Shown here: in pieces, positions 51,993-64,000 of the stretch
How the letters are laid out: each line of letters starts with the position of its first letter
Numbering within the stretch: position 1 is the stretch's first letter
NCBI RefSeq assembly: GCF_018350175.1
Contig: NC_058368.1
Coordinates: 212,538,001 to 212,602,000, forward strand
DNA: 64,000 nt
Source of the DNA: Felis catus
Taxonomy: Eukaryota
Reading direction: 5' to 3'
Program-made: the position numbers and the translations under genes
The notes under the pieces: model-generated
What the model was told of the DNA's origin: nothing
The model's input: the letters and a program-made list of their open reading frames with translations, nothing else
Database searches by the model: none

Positions 51993-52227
51993 GGGGCGCC
52001 TGGGTGGCTCAGTCGGTTGAGTGTCCGACTTCAGCTCAGGTCACGATCTCACGGTTAGTGAGTTGGAGCCCTGCGTCGGGCTCTGGGCTGATGGCTCAGA
52101 GCCTGGAGCCTGCTTCCGATTCTGTGTCTCCCTCTCTCTCTGCTCCTCCCCCGTTCATGCTCTGTCTCTCTCTGTGTCAAAAATAAATAAACGTTAAAAA
52201 AATTAAAAAAAAAAAAGAAAAAAAAAA
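51993..52227 (+). mobile_element. CAN-SINE
   Basis: Perfect 16-bp TSD agaaaacccatcccaa at 51977-51992 and 52228-52243. Confidence 0.97.
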
Positions 52228-52299
52228 AGAAAACCCATCCCAAACATACGATTTGCAAACTTCTTCTTTCATTCTTTGAGTTGCATTTCTTGAGAGGCA

Positions 52300-52890
52300 T
52301 TCTTTGAACTCCAGTAAAATGTTGAATAGAAGTAGGGAGAGTTGACATCCTTGTCTTGTTCTTCATCTTAAGGAGAAGGATTTAGTTTTCACCATTTAGT
52401 ATGTTATTAGCTATAGGTTTTTATTTTTCTATATCCATAAGTGATATTAAGGTTAGTAGTTTATGAAACTATAATATTTATAGTCATGTAAAAGGTCAGT
52501 AGTTTTCTTATCTTGTGATGTTTTTGATTAGATTTCATACCAAGTTGAGAGCAACCTCAAAGAGTGAATTGGGAAGTGTCCCTCCTCTTTTTTAATTTTT
52601 GAAGAATTTGTGAAAATCATTATTAAAATGTGTCTTCAAATGTTTGGTAGAATTTACTAGTGAAGTAATCGGGGCCTGGGCATTTCTCTATAATAGGTTT
52701 TTATATTATTAAATCAATCTCTTTACTTGTTCTAGATCTATTTAGAATTTTTCTTTTCTTCTGGAGTCAGTTAGAGTACTTTATGTCTTTTGGGAATTCA
52801 CCCATTTCACCTAAGTCATCTTATTTATTTGGCATGTAACTATTCATAGTATTTCTTGATAATCTTTGTTATTTCTGAAAGGTCAGTTAA
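52300..52890 (-). mobile_element. Ancient L1M ORF2 fragment; continues at ~58900-59790 and 63673-64000
   Basis: gacatccttgtcttgttcttcatctta and tgtttggtagaatttactagtgaagtaatcggggcctgg (KSPGP-type region in reverse). Confidence 0.78.
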
Positions 52891-53586
52891 ATAATATTTT
52901 CTTTATTTTTATTTTTATTATTGAAGTGTAGTTGACATACAATATTACATTAGTTTCAGGCATAAACATAGCAATTCAGTAATAATGTACATTACTCAAT
53001 GCTCATCATGATGAGTAGTCACCATCTGTCACCATACAATGTTACTACAATATTATTGACTATATTCCTATGCTGTACTTTTCGTCTTTGTGACTTATTT
53101 ATTTTATAACTGGAAGTTTATAATACTTAATCCCTTTCATCTATTTTGCCCATTCCTCCAATCCCTTTCCTTTTGCAAACCAACAGTAGTGGTTCACATT
53201 CCAAGCACCATTTATTGAAGAGACTGTCTTTTCCCTTTTGTATATTTTTGTATCTTTTGTCACAGATTAATCATGAGTTTATTTCTGGGCCCTCTATCTT
53301 GTTCTGTAGATCTATGTGTCTATTTTTGTGTAGTACCATACTGTTTTTATTACTACAGCTTTGTAGTATATCTTGAAATCTGGGATTGTGATACCTCTAG
53401 ATTTATTCTTTTTTCTCAGGATTGCTTTGGCTATTTTAAGGGTCTTTTGTTATTCCATTCAAACTTTAGGACTATTTGTTCTAGTTCTGTGAAAAATGCT
53501 ATTGGTATTTTGGTGGGGATTACATTAAATCTGTATTCTCTTTGGGTAATATGGACACTTTGACAATATTAAATATTCCATTCCAT

Positions 53587-54006
53587 TAAAGAAATTGTGG
53601 TTTACATACACAATCAAATACTACGTGGCAATGAGAAAGAATGAAATATGGCCTTTTGTAGCAACGTGGATGGAACTGGAGAGTGTTATGCTAAGCGAAA
53701 TAAGTCATAGAGAGAAAGACAGATACCATATGTTTTCACTGTTATGTGGATCCTGAGTAACTTAACAGAAGACCATGGAGGAGGGGAAGGAAAAAAAAAG
53801 GTTAGAGAGGGAGGGAGGCAAACCTTAAGAGACTCTTAAAAACTGAGAATAAACTGAGCGTTGATGGGGGTTGGGAGGGAAGGGAAAGTGGGTGATGGGC
53901 ATTGAGGAGGGCACCTGTTGGGATGAGCACTAGGTGTTGTATGGAAACCAATTTGACAATAAATTTCATATTTAAAAAAAATAAAGTATAGTCAAATACA
54001 AAAAAA
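53587..54006 (+). mobile_element. Young, 5'-truncated felid L1 3' end (L1_Fc type)
   Basis: 3' UTR ending aatttgacaataaatttcatatt. 16-bp TSD aaatat[t/c]ccattccat at 53571-53586 and 54007-54022. Confidence 0.95.
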
Positions 54007-54773
54007 AAATATCCCATTCCATGAGCATGGTGTGTCTTTCCATTTGTTTGTGTTATCGTTAGTTTCTTTCGTCAATGTCTTATAGTTTCTGGAATATAGC
54101 TTTTTCACCTCCTTTGTTAAATTTAGTCCTGATTATTTTATTCTTTTTGGTACAATTGTTAATGGGGTTGTTTTCTGATTTCTCTTTTTGCTACTTCATT
54201 ATTAGTATACAAAAAATGCAACATATTTCTGTATATTAATTTTGTATTCCACAACTTTAAATTCATTTATCAGTTCTACTAGTTTTTTTGGTGGCATTTA
54301 TAGGATTTTCTATATATTGTATCATGTTGTCTGCAAATAGTGACAGTTTTATTTTTTCCTTACCAATTTGGATGCCTTTTATTTTTTTCTCTTTTCTGAT
54401 TGCTGCAGCTAGGTCTTCCAGTACTATGTTGAATAAAAGTAATCAGAGTAGATATCCTTATCTTGTTCCTGATCTTAGAGGGAGAGTTTTCAGTTCACAC
54501 CATTGAGTATGATGTTAGCTGTGAGTTTTTCATAGATGGCCTTATTATATTGAGGTATTTTCCCTCTAAAATCACTTTGTTGAGAGTTGAGAGTTTTTAT
54601 CATGAATAGATGTTGTATTTTGTCTGATACTTTTTCTGCATTTATTGAGAAGATCATATGGTTTTTATCCTTTCTCTTGTTGATGTGATATATCACATTG
54701 ATCAATTTGTGAATATTTAATCATCTTGCCTCACTGGAATAAGTCTCACTTGATTGTGGTGAATAATCCTTTT

Positions 54774-54980
54774 TTATGTTTATTTATTCATTTTCGAGTG
54801 AGAGGGATAGAGAGCGAGCAGGGGAGGGGCAGAGAGAGAGGGAGATAGAGAATCTCAAGCAGGCTCTGCTCTGTTAAGTGCAGAGCTTGGCGTGGGACTG
54901 GAACTCATGAACCATGAGACCATGACCTGAACTGAAATCAAGAGCCAGATGCTTAACTGACTGAGCCACTTAGGCACCCC
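54774..54980 (-). mobile_element. CAN-SINE (short type)
   Basis: Ends gagccacttaggcacccc. TSD tgtggtgaat[a/g]atcctttt at 54755-54773 and 54984-55002. Confidence 0.94.
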
Positions 54981-55857
54981 AACTGTGGTGAATGATCCTT
55001 TTAATGCATTGTTGAATTTGATTTGCTAATATTTTGTTGAGAATTTTTGCATCTATATTCAAGGATTTAGGCCAGTAGTTTTATTTTTATCTATTATTAT
55101 TTTTTTGTAGTGTCTTTGTCTAGTTTTGGTATCAGGGTAATGCGAACTTGTACAAGAAATTTGGAAAGTTTCCTTTTTCCTGTAGTTTTTGGAATAGTTT
55201 GAAAAGGATAGGTATTACATCCTCTTTAAAAGTTTTGTAGAATTTGCCCATGAAGCAATCTAATCCTGGACTTTTGTTGTTCAGAGTTATTTTATCACTG
55301 TTTCAATCTCGTTACTAGTAATTGCTCTGTTCAAGTTTTATATCTATTCCCGATTAGTTTTGTAAGATTATATGTTTCTAGGAATTTATCCATTTCTTCC
55401 AGATTGTCCAATTCGTTGGCACATAATTTTTCGTAGTATTCCCTTATAATTCTTTGTGTTTCTGTGTTTTGGTTGTTATTCTCATCTTTCATTTCTGAAT
55501 TTATTTATTTATTTGAGTCTTTCTTTTGTTCTTTATGAATCTGGCAGATGGTTTGTCATTTTGTTTATCTTTTCAAAGAACCAGCTCTTGGCTTCATTGA
55601 TCTTTTCTATTGATTTTTAGTCTCTATTTCATTTATTTCTGCCTTAATCTTTATTATTTCCTTCCTTCTACCAATTTGGGGCTTTGTTTTTTCTTTTTCT
55701 AGCTTCTTTAGGTATAAGGTTAGATTGTTTCTTGAGATTTTTCTTTTTTTTCAGTTAGGCCTGTCTTGCTATAACATCCCTCTGAGAAATGCTTTTGCTG
55801 CAACCTAAAGATTTTGGACTACTTACTGTGTTTTTACTTTTGTCTCCATATATATTT

Positions 55858-56074
55858 AAAATTTTTTTTTCAAAGTTTATTTATTTTTTAGGACAGAGAG
55901 AGACAGAGCATGAACGGGGGAGGGGCAGAGAGAGAGGGAGACACAGAATCGGAAACAGGCTCCAGGCTCTGAGCCATCAGCCCAGAGCCCGATGCGGGGC
56001 TCGAACTAACAGACCGCGAGATCGTGACCTGGCTGAAGTCGGACGCTTAACCGACTGCGCCACCCAGGCGCCCC
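55858..56074 (-). mobile_element. Young CAN-SINE (SINEC_Fc type)
   Basis: Near-consensus, CpG-rich body; TSD atatatattt on both sides. Confidence 0.96.
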
Positions 56075-57992
56075 TAATATATATTTTAATATCCTCTTTG
56101 ATTTCTTTGTTGACTTATTGGTTGTTCAGTATCACGTTGTTTCATTTCCATATGTTTGTGCTTTTTCAGTTTTTCTTGTAATTGATTTCTAGTTTCATAC
56201 TGCTGCAGCGAGAAAAGAAGCTTGATATGATTTCAAACTTCTTAAAATTATTGACACTTGTTTTGTGCCCTAACATCTGATCTGTCCTGGAGAAAGTTCC
56301 ATGTTCACTTGAAAATCATGTTTATTATGCTATTGTTAGGTGGAATGTTCTGTATATATCTGTTAGGTTCATTTGGTCTAATGTGTTGTTCAAAGCCACT
56401 GTTTTCTTACTGGTTTTCTGTCTCAATGATCTATGCATTGATGTAAGTTGGATGCTAAAGTTCCCTACTGTTATTGTATTATTGTATTCTCCCTTTCTGT
56501 ATGTTAATGTTTATATATTTAGGTGCTCCTGTGTTGGGAGCATAGATATTTATCCTCTTCTTAGATTGATACCTTTGTCATTATTACACAATGCCCTTTT
56601 TGTCTCCCGCTACAGTCTTTGTTTTATACTCTGTTTTGTCTGATATAAACATTGCTACCTTGCCTTTTGTTGTTGTCTCTCATTCAGCAGGCTGCCTTTT
56701 AGTTTTTTGATTGTCTCCTAATTTGACCTCTGTGGGCTCACTTTTCATGGGGCTCTCTGTGATTCTTGGACCTGGATTTCTATTTCCTTCCCCAGATTAA
56801 GGAAGTTTTCAGCTATTATTTCTTCGAATAAGTTTTCTGCCCCTTCTCTCTCTCTTCCCTTCCTGGGATCCCTGTAATGCAAATGTTATTCATTTGATGT
56901 TGCAGAGTTTTCTTAAGCCATTCTCCTTGTTTATTATTCTTTTTTTCCCCTTTTTATTATTCTTTTTTTCTTTTTGCTGTCTGGCTTGGTTGCTTTTTGT
57001 TACCTTGTCTTCCAGATCACTGATCCATTTTTCTAATCTACTATTTTCTAATCTACTATTGATTCTTTCTAGTGTATTGTTTATTTCAGTTACTGTATTC
57101 TTCAGCTCTGACTGGTTTTTTTATATTTTCTATCTCTTTGTTGATGTTCTTGTTGAATTTGTCCACTCTTTTCTCAAAAGTGGTGTGTATCTTTATAATC
57201 ATTACTTTGAACTCTATCAAGCATATTGCTTATCTCCATTTCATTTAGCTCTTTTTCTGTGACTTTGTCTTCTTTGTTCATTTGGGATACACTCCTCTGT
57301 CTCCTCATTTTGTCTAACACTCTGTGTTTGTTTCTTTGTATTAGGTAGTTCAAATATGTCTCCTAGTCATGAAAGTAGTGGCCTTGTGTCAAAGAGTTCC
57401 TGTGATGCCCTGTAATCCAATGCCTCCTGGTCACCCTACCAGACACTCAAAGGGGTATCTCCTGTGTGGGCTTCATGAGCCCTCCTGTTGTGGCTGAAGC
57501 ATGATTGCTTTGGGATCACTGGTGGGTGAGGCAGGCACTTTGCCTAGCTGTCTGCAGTTAGCCTCTGCAGGCACACCAATTATCAGGGCTTGCTCCCTTG
57601 GAAGTTCCTGGCTGCAGGAACTCTGGGCATGCTGGTGTTTGGGGTTATTTCCTCCTCTCCATGGCAGAAGTCACTTAGGAGGAATAATGGTCCTAGTCCT
57701 GGCCAGGGCTGCCTGCTGTTGTGGAAGGCAGGGACCACTTTGGGGGTGCCTGCTGCCTGCTGTAGGTTGGGTGGGGAGGGTCTGCAGAGGAACACCAGAG
57801 TGGGGCATGCCATACTAGCAAGGTTGATGGAGAATGTTAGAACTGGTTCCCATAAGCATCCCATTTTCTAAACTGTGAGAAGGCAAGAAAAATGGTACCT
57901 ACCAGCAATTTTGTTTCTGGAGAAATCTGCAGATCCTTGCTCCTCTAGCATACATCCTGACTAGTTAATAAATGCCCCATGTGCTTTTCTTT

Positions 57993-58218
57993 TTTATTTT
58001 TATTAATTTTTTTTTTAACATTTATTTATTTTTTGAGAGACAGAGACAGAGCATGAGTGGGAAAGAGGCAGAGAGAGAGGGAGTCACAGATTCTGAAGCA
58101 GGCTCCAGGCTCTGAGCTGTCAGCACAGAGCCTGCTGCGGGGCTCGAACTCATGAATAGCGAGATCATAACCTGAACAGAAGTTGGACGCTTAACTGACT
58201 GAGCCACCCAGGTGCCCT
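57993..58218 (-). mobile_element. CAN-SINE inserted at the tail/TSD of a short L1 fragment
   Basis: TSD tgcttttcttt at 57982-57992 and 58219-58229. Confidence 0.94.
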
Positions 58219-58229
58219 TGCTTTTCTTT

Positions 58230-58440
58230 ATTTAAAAAAATTATTTTTTAAGTTTTTATTTTGTTTTAGTTCTAGTACAATTGACAAAGTGTTAAATTCA
58301 TTTCAGATGTACAATATAGTGATTTGACAATTCTGTACATTACTAAGTCTTAATTACAATAAGTGTACTCAATCCTCTTCACCTATTTCATACATCACCC
58401 CACCCACCTCCCCTCTGATAACCAATGGTTTGTTCTCCAT
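58230..58440 (-). mobile_element. Short 5'-truncated carnivore L1 3' UTR
   Basis: cccacctcccctctgataaccaatggtttgttctc. TSD at[g/a]cccca[t/g]gtgcttttc at 57972-57989 and 58441-58458. Confidence 0.82.
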
Positions 58441-59790
58441 ATACCCCAGGTGCTTTTCAAACTGCTTCTTCTGTGCTGTGTTTCAGGCAAGGTCATTTGG
58501 TGTGCTGGCCCTTTAAGGGCAGAGATTAGGTTTTCCATCACCCTTCAGGTCTCCCAGAGTTAAGCCCTGCTGATTTTTAAAGCTCCTAGAGTTAAGCACC
58601 ACTGACATTCAAAGCCAGACTATGGGGTCTCATCTTCCCACTGTGGGTCCCCAGGGCCCAGGGTGTCAAGTGTGGATCTGATCCCCTGGCTCCTCCATGC
58701 TTGTGATGGCCCTCCCATTTGTGGTTAGTTGACTAGGGGTCATCTCCACCCCACCTATCCTTTTTGATGTGACTTTCTCCCTGTAACTAGCTGTGAGTGA
58801 TCTGTTCTGCCCTTCTTCAGGTTGTTTTCAGAATTCACTTCAATAAATGTAGATGTTGCCTCAGTATGTCCACGAAATCCTCCTACTCTGCCATCTTATT
58901 CATTACTTATTTTTGTTTTGGCTTTAGTTTGCTCTTCTTTTCCAGTGTCTTAGGTGAAAATTTATTTTATATAATTTAGGTCTTCTTTTAAATGCAGGCA
59001 TTAACCACTAAAAATGTACCTAAATATTGTTTAGGTGTGTCTCGTGAGTTTTGGTGTGTTTTGTCTTCATTTTAATTCATCTTAAAATTTTTTAAATCAT
59101 CAGTGTAATTTATTCTTTGACCTGTTGGTTATTTAGGAGTGTGTTGTTTAATTTGCACATATTTGTGGATTTCCCAAATTTCTTTCTGCTCCTGATTTCT
59201 AATTTTATCTCCTTGTACTCAAATTCACTTCATATAATTTCAGCCTTTTTAATCCTTTTAAACTTGAGGCATATTTTATGGGCTAGTGTATGGTCTATTC
59301 TAGAGAATGTTCCACGTGCACTTGAGAAGAATGTTTGTTCTGCTGTTGTTGGGTGGAATGTTCTGTAGGTATCTAAGTCTAGTTAATACACAGTGTTGTT
59401 TAAGTCTTTTATTTCCTTGTTGGTTATCTATCTAGTTGTTCCATCCATTATTGAAAGTTAATACCCAGCTATTGTTGAATTTTCTACTTTTTCCTTCAGT
59501 TTTGTCCATTTTTGCTTCACATGTATTATGGCTCCTTGTGCATATCTGATGCATGTTTCATTATATATGGTTATAACTGTTATCTAATCCTGTATAATTG
59601 ACCCTTTTTGTCATTACAAAATGCTTCCTCCTCTCTCTAGTAACATTTTTTTTAAATTCTAAAGCCTTTTTTTCTGATATTAGTGTATACATTGCAGCTT
59701 TCTTGTGGCTCCTGTTTGCATGATACATCCTTTCCCATTCTTTTACTTTCAATCTATTTGTATCTATTAATCTAAAATGTCTCTTGTAGA

Positions 59791-62700
59791 GAGGAGTTAA
59801 GAGGAGAAGTAGGGGGACTATGGGTTTTCCTTCTCCCTCAAACACAACTGTATTGAGGTCAGATTACTTAGAACACCCAGTAAATAGATCTGCGGAGCCA
59901 CAAAAGGATCTTCACAACTGGAGGAAGACAGCTTGGCAGATGTGAAGTGCATGCATCTTTCAGAGCTCAAACCCTGAGGTTTTGGAAGTGTGTCTTCTCT
60001 TAGCAGAGCTAGGCACCCACTAAGCAGACTGTTGTACCCACTCCTGGGGAGGAGAGAGCTGGCCCTAGAGTACATAGCTCGGTGTAATGATCTCCAGGGC
60101 ACACTAGGAGAGAGCAGTCCCCTTCCTGGAGGACTTTTGGAAGAGGGTTTATTGCCTCCCCAAGGACAAAAGACCCTGCAGGTGCCAGCAAGGTGGAGAA
60201 ACTTTACTCCGGAAGAGGGGAGCAGATCCGTGCCTTGCTGACCCTTTAAGACTTTGAGTTTTGAATCCCAGCCATACACCAAAAAAAAAAAAAAAAAGAA
60301 GAAAAAAGAAAAAAGAAGCCACAAGAGAGTTGTGGTGCAAGTTGAGCTGGCTTCCCTCGCTAACCTGTCAACAGTTGGTGTTGAGATCACTAGTCTGAGG
60401 ACAAGAGATTGGGGTGTCAACATTTTCCCTCCAACATGGTAGGACTTCAGAGAGTAACACAATGACCCCCAGCGAAGGCAAGACCCACTTACACCAAACC
60501 TGCCCCTCCATGCCTAGCAATTGCTTCTTTACTGGGGCAAGACTGACACTTAGCCAATGCAGCTAGCCTCTCCTCCAGACCAGCACAGCCCCCAGCCCCC
60601 AGACACCAATAGAAAACTCTTTTTTTTTTTTTAACCTCCTTTTTTTTCTTTTGGAATCAGTCTCATAGTTTCTGATTTTTTTTTTTTTTGTCATTTCCTG
60701 TTATCTTCATTTTTTTCTTTGATCAGGCTTTTTTATTGTTGTTTTCATTTTCCTTCTTTTCTCTTTTCTTCTGCTTTTTCTTTTTTCCCCTCCTTTTTTT
60801 CCCCTTGGAATCAGCCTGATAGTTTTTTGATTCTGTGTTTGTTTGTTTGTTTGTTTGTTTTTGTTTCTGTTCCTTTTTCTCTTTTTATGGGATCAGCACC
60901 CCCCCCTTTTTTTTCCAGGATTACTTCAACAAATGAATTAATAAAGCACACCTAGTTAAAGGTCCAAACACTTCAACGCTGCAGTCAGGGAGGAGCTCTG
61001 CAGAGGACTGACCAGTGGCAAAGAACAGTCAGAACACAACAGCAGAGTACACACAACATACACCAGAAACACCTCGTGGAATGCCAGGCCCTGGGCAATG
61101 TATGACCCCTTTTTAATATAGTAGTGCTGTCAGATGCAGGAAATGTAACAAGCTTTTAAAACATGCAAAAGACAGAAACTTAGCTAAAATGACAAGAGGT
61201 AGGAATTCTCCCCAAAAGAAAGGTCAAGAAGAAATCACAGCCACAGACCTGCTCAAAATACGTATAACCAACATATCTGAAAAAGAATTTAGAACAACAG
61301 TCATAAGACCACTAGCTGGACTTGAAAAAAAAAGCATAGGAGACACCAGAAAAACCCTTTCCGTAGGGATCAAAGACCTAAGAACTAGTCGGGATGAATG
61401 AAAAAAATGCTATAACTGAGATGCAAAATAAAGTAGATGTAGTGATAGGATTGAAGAAGCAGAGGAGAGAATAGGTGAAATAGAAGATAAAATTATGGAA
61501 AATAAGGAAGCTGGAAAAAAGAGGGAAAGGAAGTTACTAAATAATGAAGGGAAACTTAGAGAACTAAGTGATTTCATGAAACAAAATAATATTTGAACCA
61601 TAGGAGTCTGAGAAGAAAAGTGATAAAAAGGGGCAGAAGGATTATTTGAACAAATTATAGCTGAGAACCTCCCCAATCTGAGAAAGGAAACAGGCATCCA
61701 AGAGGCACAGAGAACTCCCTTCAAAATCAACAATAACAGGTCAACACCATGACATACTATAGTGAAATTGGCAAAATACAAGGATAAAGAGAGCATTCTG
61801 ATAGCATCTAGGGACAAAAAGGTCCTTAACCTACAAGGTTAAACCCATGATGTTAGTAGAAGATCTGTCCACTGAAACTTGGCAGACCAGAAGGAAGTGG
61901 CAGGAAATATTCAATGTGCTGAACAGGAAAAATAGGCAGCCAAGAATACTTTATCCAGCAAGGTTGTCATTCAGAATGGAAGGAAAGATAAAGACTTTCC
62001 CAGACAAACAAAAACTAAAGTAGTTCATGACCACTAAATCAGCCCTACAAGAAATATTAAGGGGGACTCTTTGAGTGGAGAAAAATAGGCACAAAGACTA
62101 CAAAGGACCAGACAGCAGTACCAGGAACACCAAATCCACAGAAAACACACTGGCGTTACATTCATATCTTTCAATAATCACTTTGAATGTAAATGGACTA
62201 AATGGACTAAATGGACCAAAAGACTTAGGGTATCAGAATGGACTAGAAAAAAAAAAAGATCCATCTATATACTGCCTAAAAGAGACTCATTTTAGACCTA
62301 AGGACACTGGCAGATTGGAAGTCAGGGGATAGAGAAACATTTGTCATGCTAATGGAGGTAAAAAGAAAGCCAGAGTAGCCAAACATATGTCAGACAACTA
62401 GATTTTAAAACAAAGACTGTAATAAGAGATGAAGAAGGGCATTATATCATAATTCAGGGGTGTACCCATCAAATAGAGCTAACAATAAATATTTATGCCC
62501 CTGATATAGGAGAACCCAAATATATATCAACTAATCACAAACAAAAGAAACTCATTGATAATAATACCACAATAGTAGGAGACTTTACTACCCCACATAC
62601 AACAATGGACAGATCATCTAAGCAGAATATCAAAAGGGAAATAATGGCTTTGAATGACATACTGGACTAGATGGACTTAACAGATATATTCAGAATATTT

Positions 62701-63672
62701 CATCCTTAAGCAACAGAATACATATTTTTCTCCAAGGCACATGGAACATTCTCCAGCTTAGATCAGATACTGGGTCACAAATCAGCCCTCAACAGGTACA
62801 AAAAGATCCAGATCATACCATGTATATTTTCAGATCACAGCAGTATGAAACTTGACATCAACCACAAAAAAACATTTGGAAAGCTCTCAAATACATGGAG
62901 GTTAAAGAACATCCTACAACAGAGGAAGGGGTCAACCAGGAAATTAAAGAAGAAATTAAAAAATACATGGAAGCAAATGAAAGTGAAAACACAACAGTAT
63001 CTTTGAGATGCAGCAAAGACAGTCCAAACAGAAAGCACATTGCAATTCAGGCCTATCTCAAGAAGCAAGAAAGGTCCCAAATACACAATCTAACCTTACA
63101 CCTAAAGGAGGTAGAAAAGGAGCAGCAAATGAAGCACAAAGACAACAGAAGAAGGGAAATAATAAATGTTAGAGCAGAAATAAAAGATATAGAAAGAAAA
63201 GAAATGTATATATATATATATATATACATGTATACAATGGGATACTACTCAGCGATGAAAAAGAATTAAATATTGCCATGTGCAACAATGTGAATGGAAC
63301 TAGAGTGTATGATGATAACCAAAATAAGTCAGTCAGAGAAAGACAAATATATGATTTCACTCATATGTGGAATTTAAGAAACAAACAAGATGAACATAGG
63401 GGAAGAGAAGGAAAAATTAGATAAAAACAGAGAGGGAAGACAACCAAAAGAGACTCTTAAATAGAGAGTACAAACTGGGGCTGCTGGAGGGGAGGTGGGT
63501 AGGGGGATGGACTAAATGGGTGATGGGCATTGAGGGGGGCACTTGTTGGGATCAGCACTGGGTGTTATATGGAAGTGATGAATCCCTGGGTTCTACTTTT
63601 GAAATCAACACTGCACTGTATGTTAACTAACTTGAATTAAAAAAATTAATTTAAAGTATTAATGAATTAATT
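59791..63672 (+). mobile_element. Carnivore L1 (copy D) with both termini and TSD, lacking ~2.6 kb of ORF2 including the whole RT domain
   Basis: 5' UTR from gaggagttaagaggagaagtagggg; ORF1 61189-62074; ORF2 EN from 62150; jump at ~63200 to the C-terminus; 3' UTR. TSD a[a/g]atgtctcttgtaga at 59775-59790 and 63673-63688. Confidence 0.93.
61189..62074 (+). pseudogene. L1 ORF1p, disrupted
   Basis: MTRGRNSPQKKGQEEITATDL...; agaatactttatccagca (RILYPA); internal stops. Confidence 0.88.
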
Positions 63673-64000
63673 AGATGTCTCTTGTAGACAGCATATAGTA
63701 GGATCTTGTTTATTTATTCAGTCTATGCATTTTGATTGGAGTATTTTATCTATTCATATTTAATACTATTATTGATATAGTTGCCTGAACATTGATATAG
63801 ATGTCTAAAGTGATTTTTTTTTTCTTTTTGTCTGATTCTTTTTTCCTGGTCCTTTTTTTTCCTTTATTGCTTTTCTTGCATGAAATCAGTGTTTCTAGTA
63901 TAACATTTTAATTTCTTTCATTATTTTTTACTCTATGCGTTTTTTTCTTTTTTAGTGATTTCTCTAAGGCTTGCCATATATATCTTAACTTATCAGAATC

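Larger units (their letters stand above)
52897..58897 (-). mobile_element. Older carnivore L1 with 5' UTR, ORF1 and ORF2 remnants, internal deletions and five nested younger insertions
   Basis: 5' end on minus reads aagatggcagagtaggagga (58897). ORF1 remnant ~56740-57150; ORF2 remnant [17 protein letters not shown] (54490..54705); 3' UTR with T tail at ~52897. Confidence 0.85.

Noticed and set aside
59818..60462. 214-aa minus-strand ORF as an antisense L1 ORF0-like gene
   Set aside because: Runs through a poly-T tract (poly-Phe), lies in an old mutated 5' UTR, and has no recognisable domain or supporting evidence.

Overview
Mammalian nuclear DNA, almost certainly felid, judged from many CAN-SINEs of the SINEC_Fc type and cat-type L1 UTRs. 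It is AT-rich and mostly nested retrotransposons. I find no intact host protein-coding gene; the recognisable ORF-track entries are fragments of L1 ORF1/ORF2, SINEs or LTRs, or antisense shadows of them. There are four L1 copies that retain 5' UTRs (7329-14572 +, ~26853-32583 +, ~52897-58897 -, 59791-63672 +), several 5'-truncated L1s, about 13 CAN-SINEs (most with target-site duplications, TSDs), MaLR/ERVL solo LTRs, Tigger-family MITEs and ancient L1M/L2/MIR remnants. All L1 ORFs are disabled. I see no new enzymatic or genic system. The notable signals are scars of retrotransposition and repair: (1) a tailless 5'-half tRNA-Ile(AAT) retrocopy with its own TSD inside an L1 5' UTR; (2) two L1s 23 kb apart that share stops and frameshifts over a high-identity central tract, suggesting ectopic gene conversion or an assembly artefact; (3) an L1 whose 3' end is replaced by ~200 bp of foreign DNA polyadenylated at a MaLR-LTR AATAAA, a candidate 3' transduction; (4) several locally templated, palindromic insertion scars in that same L1. 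Family names come from memory of consensus sequences, identities are counted by eye, and boundaries of old repeats are approximate.
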